Of a stretch of DNA of 64,000 nt, positions 12,248 to 26,132 are shown piece by piece (the stretch's first letter is position 1; every line of letters starts with the position of its first letter). Origin of the DNA: Cladosporium halotolerans. Its lineage: Eukaryota. Both the position numbers and the translations under genes were made by a program. The notes under the pieces are model-generated. The model ran no database searches. It was not told where the DNA came from and worked only from the letters and a program-made list of their open reading frames with translations. The stretch lies in NCBI RefSeq assembly GCF_011745625.1, contig NW_027191455.1, positions 1-64,000 on the forward strand. The letters are read 5' to 3'.

Positions 12248-14237
12248 ATGGCGACGCCGACCGACAACAATGACGATGTGAAGAAGGACATCAACATGGT
12301 GGAGCGATATGAGGTTGCCAGCGACGACATGGAAGATCTCAAGAAGTCTAAGACGATGGGCACCATCACCATCAACGACAGCAATGAGATCCTCCTTATC
12401 CCATCCCCTAGTGCTGACCCGAGAGGTATGAACATAAAAACATGCTCCCGATGCTCTTAGACAATCTAACAAGTCTCTTAGATCCGCTCAATATGCCGAT
12501 ATGGAGGAAACGCCTTCTAGTAGTTCTTGTCTCTATTTGTACGACCCTACGTTTGGTATAGTGGACGCTGTTAACACTGAATGCAGTCTCAAGTGTCGGC
12601 CTGACGATGGTCTCCGGATTCGGCGGACTCCTGGGCTTCTATATCCCAGACTATGTTGAAAGTGAGTATGAAAGTTCCTCTTGAGACGATATCGAAAATT
12701 AACTCCGAAGCCAGAGGGCGCTACATTTGACGACATCACCCACCTGATGACATATCCTACCATGTTCATGTAAGTACACTGGATCAGAGTATTGCATGGT
12801 GTAATATGCTGACATGTCCAGGGGCGTCGCCAATCTCGTCTGTATGCCTCTTGCACTAGCCATCGGTCGCCGTCCAGTATTCTTGGCCTCCTGCCTGATC
12901 TTAGTGTTGGGTGGCGTCCTCGGAGCCTATACAAAAGATATCAACATGCATCTGGGTATCAGGATGCTCTTGGGCATTGGCGCGGGCAACAGCGAAGCAC
13001 TTGTTCCGATGATGTAAAGCCCCTGCAAAATCAAACTTGTTTGTATGTGGTTTCGGCTGACACGCTTTACGCAGGATCCAGGAAATTCACTTTATCCACG
13101 AGCGAAGTACTTTTCTGATGTGGCAGAGCGCCATCCAGACCATCATCAGCGCGCTTCTTGGTCTATTTGCATCGCCTATTGCAGGCGCAATTGGTCCTGG
13201 AAATTGGTATCTACTGGGCGCTGGACTGGCCGCTGCTGTATTCGTTGTGTCTGTTGTGTACGTTCCGGAGACCAGATATGTTCGATCCTTGGAAGCATAC
13301 GGGCAGGATGTGGAAAATGGCGACGACTCATCGGATGATCAGGAGCTGCAACGCCCGCCGGTCCGCCTGAGCGAGAGGCCAGCGCTAGACTATACAAAGT
13401 TCGCGCCCAGGACAATTTGGTCCGATATGCGGCTCTTCGTTGGGCGGGCCGATTGGTCTGAAGGATTCTATGCACTGAGGGTGGGTCAATCCTATCATCG
13501 TGCTACCTCTGCGCCTGTGGACTAATCATCGAGAACAGAACACTTTCCAAATCCTCCTGTTTCCCAATGTCTTTTGGGCTTTCTGCCTGAACGGCCTCAC
13601 GCTTGGGGTCAACATCGCCATCGCCACGACCTATTCAAACATTGTCACTGCGCCTCCCTACAACTGGGCCGAGAGGTCTGCCAGCTATGTGAACACAAGC
13701 CAGATCGTCGTCGCCCTGGTAGCATTGCCGCTCCTAGGTAACGGGTCTGATCGCATGATCAAGTGGCGAGCCAGCCGCAACGACGGAGTCCACGAACCCG
13801 AAGCTCGCCTCCTGCTCCTCTGGATCCCGACTTCCATCGCAGTGCTATCATCGGTCCTGTACGGCTTGGCGGCTGCGAACCCAGAGAAGTTCCATTGGAT
13901 GGCCATCGTGTTCGCTTATGGAGGATACTACTTCGGCTTCGTCGGAGCAAACATTGTCGGCATAACTTATCTCCTCGACTCGTACCCAGCTCGATCAGGT
14001 CCAGTGTTGGTCGTGATCACCGCCCTTCGTGGCTTCGTCAGTTTCGGCACTAGCTACGGCGTCGCGAAGTTCATCGAGACAGCTGGCTACGATGGCTCCT
14101 TCGGCACCTACGCTGGCCTGACTGCTCTGCTTGGTCTCATTGCTTTCCCCATGTATTTTTACGGGAAGCGGATCAGGCAGTTCACGGGTAAATGGGCTGT
14201 CAAAGAGCGTAGTGGAAAGCCGTCTATGTCCCATTAG
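12248..14237 (+). CDS. MFS transporter (Hol1/DHA1-like)
   Basis: LIPSPSADPRDPLNMPIWRK N-terminal motif, PLALAIGRRPVFL, EIHFIHER, PEARL and many TM helices. About 6 introns. Confidence 0.85.
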
Positions 14238-14919
14238 ATCAGTGCTTGGAACGCGATTCCTTGGAGGCCGTCCTTGATTATACCATAGGGCTTATGTTAG
14301 GAGATTCAATGGTTGGCTGCTTGTCAGATGCCCTCTATGGGCACATTCATCAGCCAAGACGCAAGATTTATTCATATGGTATTGTTGATATGTCAAAGTG
14401 CTCATCAATAATTTTGTCGGGACTTGGTTCGCTTTGGTTATTCCTCGCAAGGTGTGAAGTCCTTGGCCATCGCAACCCTTGGAGTGCCTGGGGGGCCTCA
14501 CTCTCATCAATCTCCACTGGACCCTGACCCTGGCTCCCTGTGGCTGAAACCTACCCGCCCCCGCTCTGTCCTTATCTCGCAGAACAACGCGCTGGTAGCA
14601 GCCTTGCCCATTTAGCTCTATGGCGCTCCCATGTGCATGCACTGATTAGTCGCGGAGGTTACGCACGGTGCTAGAGCCGCATGGTGCATAACGAACGCAG
14701 AGATCTGGCTCCGTCGATCGGCACTTACCTGCCTAAACCACCATAGTGGTAGGGGTTCAAGCAACACCTGGGCGAGATGGCGCTACCTCAGCTCTCGGCA
14801 TACTTTGTGAGTCTTGGGGATGTGAGGAAGAGCATATCTCCTGGGACCTTGCGTCGCCTTCACATTGTCTCATGGATCGTTGACACTTACTTCGTCTTCT
14901 GTGGTCACGACCCTGAAGC

Positions 14920-16708
14920 ATGGACATTGAGAAGAAGGTACCGACGCCTGCGCCGGCTGAAGACGACGTACCGAGCAAGGATGACAACATCGTCAACGTG
15001 TCGGGCCATGTGCAAGAGCTGGATCGATCTTTCAGTTTCTGGAGCATCTGCTGCATAGGCATTCTGAACAACAACGCTTGGGGATCTGGCGGCGGTGCTC
15101 TAGTTGTCGCGCTATACAATGGTGGTGGTCCCGGTGTTCTTTACGGCCTCATGGCTGCCACGTTTTTCTACGTCTTCATCGCCCTATCGCTGGCCGAGCT
15201 AGCTTCAGCAATCCCATCGTCGGCAAATGTCTACCACTGGGCTTCAGTGACCGCTGGACCCAAATACGGCCGCGTGTGTTCTTGGTTCGCTGGGTGGTGG
15301 AACGCGCTTGCGTGGATCTTCGGCTGTGCATCGGTCTGCCTTTTTGGTGCAAATGCTGCCGTCGCTATGTACTCGCTGTACCACCCTGCCTATGTCCCCG
15401 AACGGTGGCACGTTTTCCTGGCATTTCTTGGAATCCTGTGGTTAGACAACTGCCTTGTCCTCTTCGGACAAAGGTACTTGGCAAAAGTCGCGAATACCAG
15501 CGGCGTGCTTTGCCTGGTCTTCCTTGTCGTATCCATTCTGGTGTGCGCGATCATGCCCTCATACACCGGGGAGGGCTATGCGAGCAATTCTTTCGTATGG
15601 ACAGACTTCAATAACTTGACAGGCTACAGTAGCAATGGCTTCGTTTTCCTTGCTGGAATGCTGAACGGAGCGTATACTATCGGTACATGCGACGCTGTGG
15701 CACACGTTGCCGAGGAGATCCCTAGGCCACGAGTGAACGTTCCTAAGGGCATGGCCGCGCAACTCAGTGCCGGCTTCTTGACCGCATTCTGCTTCTATAT
15801 TGCCATCGTAAGTGAATTTCACGACTTTCGGTTGCACAACCGTGAGATTGCCAGTATACTCTACGAACATATTGATACATCGCTCTCTCGGGTAGAGATC
15901 AACATTCACATGGACTGACCATCATCACAGTTGTACGGAATCACATCCCTTGACGATGTCTACAACACCAACATCGTCTCTCTACCGCTAGCCGCAATGT
16001 ACCAGCAAGCCACCCGCAGCAACGCCGGCACAATGGGACTCTTGTTCATCCTCCTGATCAACTTTCTGATAACCATCCCAGGAGCGCTCGTGGTAGCCGG
16101 ACGGATGGTCTGGACTCTAGCTCGCGACGATGCAACTCCCGCCCCGGGGTGGCTCAGCCACGTCTCCAGCCGTTGGCGCAACCCATTGAACGCTCAGCTC
16201 ACGAGTGGAATCTGCGTGACGATCCTCGGGTGCATCTACATCGGCTCTGACCGAGCCTTCAATGCGTTCGTGGGCACTTTCGCGATCCTGACGACACTAT
16301 CGTACCTCTCGGCTATTCTGCCAAATCTCCTCACTCTGCGCAAGAACGTTCAGCCCGGCCCAGTAAGCCTGCCAGTATTGTATCACTCACTAATTCGACC
16401 TATGTGCTGACATCTCCCAGTTCTGGATTCCCTCGCCCTGGGGTCCGATCGTTCTAACGATCGCCAGCGCCTACATCATCGTTTTCAACGTCATCTACAT
16501 GTTCCCGTATTCCTTGCCCGTCGATGCCGAGACGATGAACTACGCTTGTGTCATGGTCGGTGGCATTACGATCCTGCTGAGTCTGGGCTATCTGTGGCAG
16601 CGGAGCCATGGATATGTTGGTCCGCAGGTGACCTTCGACGGGACTGATGAAGTGCTTGTGGGGATTGTGGGGTTGACGAAGGAGGAGGAGGAGGCGAAGA
16701 GGCGGTGA
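14920..16708 (+). CDS. APC-superfamily amino acid/choline/GABA permease (Hnm1/Uga4-like)
   Basis: GHVQELDRSFSFWS, SLAELASAIPSS..YHWA, HVAEEIPRPRVNVP, GRMVWTLARD. Introns 15808-15930 and 16363-16420. Confidence 0.9.
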
Positions 16709-17876
16709 TTGTGAGGTTTAGGTGGTTACGAGTGATAGGGACGCTGATAACAAGAACCTGCCTGATTATCTCCTGAAGTCCCATGTCATCGAAATCCCAC
16801 TTGCTCATCATTGTGGCAATGTTCACTAACAGCTATGGACATCTTCTTCAACAATCATACCAACGATTTGCAGATCATCTGAGGTACCAGCTTTTATTAG
16901 CCCTAGCCAACAATGCGTTACCCAATCTGCATAATCACGCGCTTCCCTTTTTTGCAAGCCCGTCGAGAGGTGACGGCTCTCGGGTCCACCATTTGACAAG
17001 CTCGACTAGGGTTGGCTAGCCTCCGGCTCCTGGGGCACATTTGATGCACTCACAGGTGGCGGCTGTGAGTGCTGTGGATGAGCAGACTCGTTGGGCGCAT
17101 CTGCTGCACAGATATCCGAAGACGAGGAGGGTGGCGCCTCGATCACGGGAGAATGTACGTCTGAAGTCCTCCTCGGCTCCTTTAATAGTGGTCTGTGTAA
17201 GTATCATCAGCTACCACTAGACCGCGGTTGAGACGATCGAGGGAACGCTTAGTTTTCCTAAATCTTCCTGAATGCTTTCCATGCACGTATCTCCAACTAT
17301 CGTATCAAAGAACGCGCTTAAGTCTGTGGGATTGCGGATGAGTCGTACGTGTATCCCGACGACACCTGGGTGCACATGCCGTCGGCATCGGACACAAATC
17401 TTAGCATTTCAGCGACCTCCAATGGGTGAATCGGTTCTTGCCGCTAGCTACATTTGGTGATGTAACCACCCACGATCAGATACCTGTTCTGTAGTGGAAT
17501 GGGAAGTGAGGAGCTGCTGAACGATTCTCTCCAGGTTAGGCGACAGTTCCAGTGCGGTCGCCATTCCCTTCGACAAGGTGTGTTTCGACCCGTCACCCAG
17601 AGATTTCGTCATCTCAGATTGCGGATCGTCGGCACACGGCCAGCTACAACCCGCACGATCGTCAACCGAGCTCGACAAACCTGACGAGAGAGCATCGCCA
17701 CCAAAGGTACCGCTTTCACAGCTCACGCACACACCATCAACCACAACCCCAGTCCCAGCACACAAGATCAAGAAAAAAGAACGTGCCAATGCACCAAATC
17801 TGTCATTCATATCATCATTCAAAAAACCACAACTCCCGCTCTCCCCTCTTCGTCCCTCAACCTCCTCTCGCAACAT

Positions 17877-19764
17877 CTAAGCCCTCTCAACCCTCTCCAC
17901 CTTCTCCTCATCCCCCTTGACCACCCTCTCCTCGCCCACGCTCTTGCCGCGCTGCACGGCCTCGACGTCCTCGGCGAACTGGCTCTTGGCCTCGCCGGTG
18001 CGCCAGACGGGCAGGTCGCACTCGAAGACGTAGTCGATCTCCTCGAGCGTGCGGCCGGCGGTTTCCGGGTAGGTGAAGAAGATGTGGGCTGTCATGGCGG
18101 TGCAGAGGACGCCGAAGATGATGTCTGCGGGGAAGTTAGTCTCGTCGGTGGGTTTGGGGTTGGGGGGGAACAGGGGGGTGGGGAAATAACGTACAGGTCT
18201 TCCATTGGATGTTGGTGAAGGCTGGGGCGACGAAGTAGGCAAGGGCGACTGTGGGGTTATGTTAGCTGACGGTCCTTGTGGGATGGAGGGGTGGTTAGGG
18301 ATGGTGGGTGCTTACAGTTGAAGATCCAGTTGGTGGCAGCGGCGAGACCGACGCCCTTGGCTCTGTACTTGAGAGGGAAGACTTCGGAGCAGTAGATCCA
18401 GCCGACGGGGGCCTGGTGGGAATGTCAGCTACCAATATCATCGGCCGCACGAATCGATCTCGAACTTACCCAGGTGAAACCGTAGACACCGACGAAGATG
18501 TAGGACAGCGCGATGACGGCCTTTCCAGCAGAGCCCTCGACCTTCCACTTCAGGTTCTCGTTGCCGCCGACGTTTGTGACGTGGTAGCCCTCCGTGGCCA
18601 TGACGGCCGCGATGCTGAAGTGAAGGATCAAACTCGCAACGGCGCCGATCAACAGAAGGGTGCGGCGGCCGATGCGGTCGATGTAAGGCAGGATGAGACC
18701 GGTTGTCACCAGGAAGATGACGTATTGGATGGCGGACGAGTAGAGGGTAACGTTGCCGGACTGTTGTGTCAGAGTCAGCATTGATTTACACCTCAATCTC
18801 ACGCCTCGGAAGACACCGCTTGCTCGAGGGACGGTGGATACTCACCAGACCAGCCATTGAAAAGACGTAGACGACGTAGTACATCATGACGTTGCCACCG
18901 ACGAGCTGCTGCCACATCTGGACCGACGTGCCGCACATTGTCCTCTTCCAGATCTTGGGGCCGAAGAGCTCAAAGAAACCGACACCCTTGGCCTCCTGCG
19001 CGACGCGGACAGCCTCCTTGACTTCCATGAACTCAGCCTGCACCAGAGCGTTATCCCTGTCGCCCTTGGCGTGGATCAGAGCGAGAACGCTCAAGCACTC
19101 CTCCCAGCGTTCTTGACCGGCAAGCCAACGCGGGGACTCAGGGAAGAACAGAAGAGCGACGAAGAGGACCACACCCGGGATAGCCTGGACGCCCCACGCG
19201 ATGCGGAAAGCAGCCGGGCCAGCGACGCTCGTGCAGCCGTAAGCGACGAGAAACATGATCAGGATGCCCCACTCGATAGCCCACTGCTGGATGCCGACGA
19301 TGCGGCCGCGGATGCGGCCGGGGGCGAGCTCGGCGAGGTAGACGCAGACTTGCGAGGACGTGATGCCGACGGCGAGACCGCTGATGATGCGGCCGGCGAT
19401 GAGGTGGCCGACGTTTTGCGCGCTGCACTGCACGGCGGCGCCGATGATCCAGACGATGGAGGCGAGCATGAGGGAGTAGCGGCGGCCGAACTTGTCTGCG
19501 ATGAAGCCGGCGGCGATGGCGCCGATGAAGGAGCCGGCGGACATGGAGGCCGTGATCTGATAAGTTGGTTAGTACTGGTGAAGTACGTATGATGATGGGT
19601 ATTGTACTTACACCGCCTTGGAGGTTAGCATCGGGATGGTTGAAGTATTCGAGATATTGCTCTCTGTCAATCCACGCGGACATGGACGAGACATCGAAAC
19701 CGAAGAGAGCGCCGCCAATGGTGCCAAAGGCGGCGAGAGCGTAGATGTTGCTGATCTGATACAT
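17877..19764 (-). CDS. Sugar porter (MFS), high-affinity glucose transporter HGT1-like
   Basis: GGALFGFDVSSMS, DKFGRR, ELAPGRIRG, PESPRW, WQQLVGGNVMMYY, DRIGRR, PETAGRTLEEID. About 5 introns. Confidence 0.92.
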
Positions 19765-21482
19765 GGTTGCCAGATAGCCCTGGTCGATCGAAATGTGAAG
19801 AAGTGACCGAACTCAGTCACGCTGAGCTGTCCAGACAATCCAAACGGTGATTGTCGAAAAGAGATAGCGAGTAGGGACAGGACTCCCATTAAACCAACGG
19901 AATAGAAGGAAAGGGAGCAGCGGTGGATACGGTATATATAAAACCAGGCTCACAGGCCACGCTCACTTACAGATCATCATCGATAGCACATCCCGGAGCC
20001 GACCTGCACGCAACGGCCGCGGGAGAGGCGAACGGGAGGCTTGCGAACAAGCTCTCGCTTCGATCATATCGAGTGGAACGGATGCACGCCTGCCACGCGC
20101 GAACGGCGCGATCTCCACAGAGCCGCACGCAAGTCTCGCGGAGTCCCCAGTCAGTTACGAGGGACGGGCGGCGGCCATTGGACGGATAAATGGGATGGCA
20201 TTGTGGGTCTGGGCAGCAGAGACAGGTCGGGAGGCAGTGGAGTGTCGATCGTCGGCTCGCCCTGGATTGACTGAAGGATTTACCCGCCTGCGCTGCTCGG
20301 TGACGATGCTGCCGGATCGGCCTGTTGAGCCGCGTTGTGCCAGGGTGCTGGCTGCGAGGCTCGCGCTAGGCACTGCTGCCGGACGCCTCGTCAGTCGTCA
20401 GTGGCTGAAGGTGGTGAAGATTATTTTGACGACGTCCGGCATGGTGAGGTGAGACCAGCACCGTCCGACGCCTCGTATGCCTTCGTAGCACAGCCCGGCT
20501 GGGCCAACAGCCGAAAGGCCGCCAAGGCCCGATGAAACAGCGCCGCTGGCGACGTAACCAGAGCGCGAGTCCGCGACGGCGCGCGGTAGCATCTTCATCC
20601 CCACCCTCGCGCCCACAAGTAAATGCGGAAAACTGGGTCTGCGACTGGAGAACCCGACCGCGCCGCCGTTTTTCAGCCTGAACGTCGCGCTTCCTGTCTG
20701 AGGCTCGCATGTGACGTTTCGACGCTGAGACCTTCAGGAGCCGGTTGCGCCCGCAATGCGAATCGAGCGGCACGCTAGAGATCCTGGATAGGCCATGAAT
20801 CCGTTCCTCATGTTCTGGTTCGAAGTCTCAGATAGGGCTTTTACCGGATTCCGCAGGACGCGACGCTGTCGGCTGTGACGGAAGGAATCGACATCAACAC
20901 GGGCAGCCATGCCCAAGCGAAGAGCAGGATTCCATCTTGCTACAAAGGAGCTGAACGTCTGCTGGCGCTCGTCGCTAGCCGCACAAATCGACGGGCAGGG
21001 CGTAGCATGTGAGAATAAACTAACGGCAAGAAGGCGTGATTATGGACATACCCGACGCGTCGAAAATTGGATCTTAAATTGACCCAGGAGAACAATACAC
21101 CAAAGAAGTTACGGGTAACTGCCAATCACGGGATGCCTTGATAGCAGCGCGGGTATTCCGGAGAAGGACAGGCTTAGACACCGCTTCGAAAATATGGCGG
21201 TATGCCGGTGCTGGCTGACTGGTGCATGCGCAAGGCGGTCTGATGCCTAACGCCACTCGGGCGACATTGCATGCATGATGGCGATATGCCTGACGCGTGG
21301 ATAACTGATTTGATCGCATTTAGGTATGCAGAACAGTGAGATGCAGATAAGCCTGCATTGCCTCGCCTCTGACCCGCAAGAGACTGCCGTTGAAGTCCTC
21401 AGGTAGCTGCAGAATCGCATCCCCATTCATTCTCAACCCACGCATTCCCCCATCTATACCCTCCAATGTCCCCTCCCAACCT

Positions 21483-24400
21483 CTACCGCCTGTTAAAATT
21501 CAAATACCGACTCCCCAAAAACAGCAGCACAAGATTACTCGCGCAAAACGCAATCATCACGCCCAAATCCCTCCAGCGCGTCCCGAAGCTGATCCCCAGC
21601 GGCTCATAAAACTGATCCCCGACACTATAAGCACAATACGCGCAGTCCGACGTCGAGTTGTCAGTGATGTATCCCGCGCCGTCCGCCGCGAAGAAAGCGG
21701 CCATGTACTCGCCGCAGGACTGGCCGGGCGGCGCGGCGAAGCGGTTCAGCTCGGCGGGCGTGCACTGCACGCGCTGGCCGTGCAGTTCGGTGGAGACGAG
21801 GCCGGAGATGAGGCGGGTGAAGCTGGGGGAGTTGGTTAGTTATCTCTGGGGGGAGGGGAGGCGTCGGGTATGTGGAGGGGAATTCGGGGGCACGGGGCAC
21901 GGAGACTTACGGGTCGAGCTCGTAGAGCCAGGCGCGCCAGAAGCCGGGGATGGCGGGTTTGGGGATCTGGGCGGTTGACGTCAGTTTTTGGCCTGGTCGA
22001 TTACAATTGCGTGTGTTGGTGGACTACTTACCGTCACACCGCAGAAGAGCGCGAAGACGATGATGAGCGGCGGGTTGAGCAGCATTGCGATGAAAGTGCT
22101 CGGCGTCAGGGCGGACACCGTCTGAGCCAGCGTGACGGAGAAGATCTCCGTGACCAAGACCATAAAAAAGTTGTATCCCGCGCGCGACGATTCCATGTTG
22201 AAGCCTGGGATGTAATAGATGGGCAGGAAGAAGCCCACTGCGCACAGGAGCGAGTATGGCATCTCCGCGAGGACCATTGACAGAGCGAAGGGAAGCTGAC
22301 GGTACGTCTTGGAGGCTGCTTCCCGGTAGTAGACGAGGCGAGCCAGATCGTACTTCGGCTCGACTTGCGCCAGAATCAAGGCAGGCAGGACCGTGACCTG
22401 GAAGATGACGAAGACTCTGTTCTGCAGCGAGGTGCGGGAATCGTTCAGCTGCAAGAACATCAGACCGGTAAGAACAGCGATAGCAAGGTGATTGAAGAAG
22501 CGCGTGAAGCCATAGTTCGGCGAGCGCCAGAAGGCCTTGTGCTGACGCTTGTTGACGATGCGGATCTGATGCCACAGCGGTGTTGCGAACTCTTTCGCCT
22601 GCTTCTTTGGCGCAGCGCTGACATCGTTGGAGCGATCGGCTTTAATGCGGATGATCTCGTCTTTCACTTCGGACAGCTCGTCGGACTCCTGCCAGATTTC
22701 TCCCCAGTCTTTGTCGCCAATACGAGGTGCGATACCAGCGCCTATAGCATCAAGCATCCATTCTGCCGGGTTGGCATCGGGAGGACATTCTGCGCCGTTT
22801 TTGCGGAAGTAGGAGATAAGAACGTGCGCATCCTTGCCGATGTCACCGAAGTAGACCGTCTGACCGCCCTTTTGAAGCAGGAGCAGACGATCGAAATTCT
22901 CAAAGAGCGAGGCGTTAGGCTGGTGAATAGTACACAGAATAGCCTGGCCAGCAGCCGCGAGCTTCCGAAGGAAACGGACAATATTGAAAGCACTCTGACT
23001 GTCCAGGCCAGAAGTCGGCTCGTCCAAGAACAACAGCAGCTCCGGTTTGGCCGCCAGCTCGACGCCGATGGTGACACGCTTGCGCTGCTCGACGGCAAGA
23101 CCGGCCTCGGGATCGCCAATGATGGCGTCTGCGATGTCTTCCATCTCCAGCAGCGCGATAATCTCCTCCACATAGGCGTACTTCTCCGACTGCGGAGTCT
23201 CGTACGGCTGCCTGAGATCGGCCGAGAAACGGAGGGCTTCACGGACGGTCTGCGTGCCTTCGTGCACGTCTAATTGTTCTGCGTACGCTGTGCCACGCTG
23301 GAAGTCGGTGCCTGGGGGCATGCCGTCGATGAGTTTGTCTCCAGAGATCATGCCGATGTTCTTTCGCGACGCCAGCACGTCTAGGAGGGTAGTTTTGCCG
23401 GCTCCCGAAGCTCCCATGAGAGCGGTGAGCTGGCCTGGCTTGACGAATCCGAAGACGTCTCTCAGCAGGCGTAGCTGACCACCCGGGACAGGGACGTCGT
23501 AACACAGGTTCTCCCATGTCAGAACAGACTTCGACTCAATCGAGAGGCCCGAGCCCGACTCTGTTTCCCTGCTTGCGCGGCTTTCTTTCTTCGCGTGTAA
23601 TGCAGCATTGAGTTCCTGGCGCTCCTTGTCCTCTTTAGCGTAGAACGTGATCGTCTTGCCGCCCGCGCCCCATTTGATGTACTCGCCGAGAAAAGTGTTC
23701 GCTGCGAGGAAGCCGACGATCAGAACGACGATGATGCCCCAGTTGCGCCACGAGTCGCCGGTCAGATACGAAAATCCGGCGTCGATATATGCAGAACCCG
23801 GCACATTGGGGTTTCCAGCCTGGCTGCCCGCGAGAGTGCAGACCTGATGGTTGATATCGCCGTATCCTTCGCCGAAAGGAATGAGAGACGTGCCTTCACA
23901 CGTCAAGTCGATCTTACCAAACTCGTTCATCATCAGCGCCGAAAAGCCAAGGCCGAGCGCATTAATGTAGAAGATCCAACGAAGCCACACCTGCTCTTGC
24001 TCCCATTGGATCAAGTAGCCGCTGGTCAGGACGAAAAGTGTTATGATCACGGCCGCAAATTTCATCGCCACGTCGAAGTCCGCGCAGAGGCAGCCGACCG
24101 TGCGGAAGAAAAGCGTCATTGCCAGGTACCCCGATATGATCATCAGGACGAAAATGAAGAATGCTCCAGCGTCGAGCACAAGGCCACACATGAAGTAAAC
24201 GATGATGGAGAAGAGCAAGATTTGTGCCGCCGAGAATGCCAGGTCAACGACGATCTGTGCGATCCACAATGCAGATGGTCGATGAAATGCGTATGCGCGA
24301 TGTTTGTTGATGATCGGTCGGCCGATCATAGTCGATGCAAGTTCTCCGAAAGCCTGGAATGCGTTGAACAACAGGGCGATGAACAAGAGACCTCCACGTG

Positions 24401-26132
24401 TGAAAGCACCTCCCGAAGTCTGCGGGAGCTTGAGCCAGACCGTGCCGAGGATAATAGCGACGAGGATGGACGTCCCCCATGAGACGACGAGGGAGAATCG
24501 ATCTTGCCATTTGAGGATGAACTGTCTTTGCATGAGAGCCCAGACTTGAAGGTGGAATGGAATAGAGTAGACAGATTTCTTTGGAGCGTGGCGTTTGCCC
24601 TGCAGGACGGCAGTTTTGAAATCCTCGTATACATGCTGCTCCTCCTTGACGACGTTGCGATATTCTGACATCTCTGCGTCGAGCTGGGCGGCATATCTGG
24701 ATTTGTTGAAAGCCTCAGCAAGGGTGTCCGGTGAGGACGGCGCGTTCTCCGGACCACGTCCCGGTTGATATTCTCTCTCAAATCTGTCAGTGCATCCGGT
24801 TAGATAATCAGGCGTAGTTTGACGAGGTTTCTCCAGAAAGCCGAGAGATTCGAAATAGGACCTTGCCTCCTTCGTAGGTCCGAAGAACACTTGCCGACCC
24901 TCGTCAATGACCATGACCTTGTCAAATTGCGAGTAGATATTTTCGGATGCTTGGTACAACGACACGAAGGTTGTGGTGTGGTAGACGTTCGTAAGAATCC
25001 GTAACGACTTAGCGTAGTCGAGAGCAGTCGATGCATCGAGTCCTCTGGTGCTGTTATCATGCGAGCAGACAGCGCCACCAGTGATCATCATTTCCGCAAT
25101 GGAGACGCGCTTCCTCTCTCCGCCGGAGATGCCTCGTACGAAGGGATTACCGACGATGGTGTTCTTGGTGTGTTCGATATTGAACATGCGAAGCAGCATG
25201 TCAATGACTCGGTCCTTGAATTCTGTCTTCGAAACGCCACCCGGCCTGTTGCCAGGCACCTTTGTATCCAGCGCAAACCCCAGCGTCTGAGAAACTGATA
25301 ATGTTGGGTGATGGACATCGTCTTCTTGACAATATACTGCTTCGCCGCGATATCTCTTCTCGAACTCCTTGCTCGTAAAAGGCCCGTAGAGGACTTCGCC
25401 GTCGATACCAGTATAGCCGAAACGCTGGTTTGCAATGACCTTGAGGAATGTTGTGCAACCCGACCCTGGTCGTCCGAGAACCAGTACCATCTCGCCAGGC
25501 TTGACGACGCCCCTGAAATCTTTCAAGATATCCACTTCTTTTCCCTTTCCGGCCAGCCCGGACCAGCGCATCAAGTTCCCAGGGATGTTGACGAAGTTGA
25601 CGAACGAATCGGGGAACGTCGGCTGGAAGTTCTTCACGCCTCCTACGCCTTTGACCGTAAGTTTATCCCAGATCACGCCGATCTTCTTGCCCTTGATGCC
25701 AGAGTCCTCTTCAAGCTGCTTGTTTCCTCGCAACGTATCCTCCAAATCAAACGGCTCGCCATCATCGCTCGACTCAGACGAAACAGCCTTCTCCACATCA
25801 TGAGTGCCTTTCTTGACGCTTTGCCTGGTATGCTGCCTCGAGATTCTCTGGCTAGTGCGCGAGAACTCGCGCTGCAAATCGGCGAATTCCGACTCGGCGC
25901 CTTTCACATCTATGCCCGTTGATCTGCGCTCCAGCTGTACAGGAACGGGTTGCGGTCGCGCCTCTTCTTTTGCTTTCTCCAAATCGACCACATTGTCGAC
26001 CTTGCCCGTACCATCGTGAGCAGCAAGCGTCGGCTCGCTGCGGTCGCCCGCCAACGTCGGCTTTGCACCAGTCCGGTCTTCAGGATGGTTCAAGCCCAAC
26101 GCCTCCTGCACTTTCCCCTCTGCTTTCTCCAT
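21483..26132 (-). CDS. Full-size PDR/ABCG multidrug ABC transporter (NBD-TMD)2
   Basis: Degenerate Walker A1 GRPGSGCTT, ISGGERKRVSIAE, Walker A2 GASGAGKTT, degenerate signature LAVEQRKR, LFLDEPTSGLD, Cys-rich ECL6. Two 3' introns (about 21967-22031 and 21823-21910). Start taken at MEKAEG. Confidence 0.95.

Noticed and set aside
17016..17207. Small Cys-containing ORF between the permease and the sugar porter
   Set aside because: Short, with no signal peptide or consistent exon structure.
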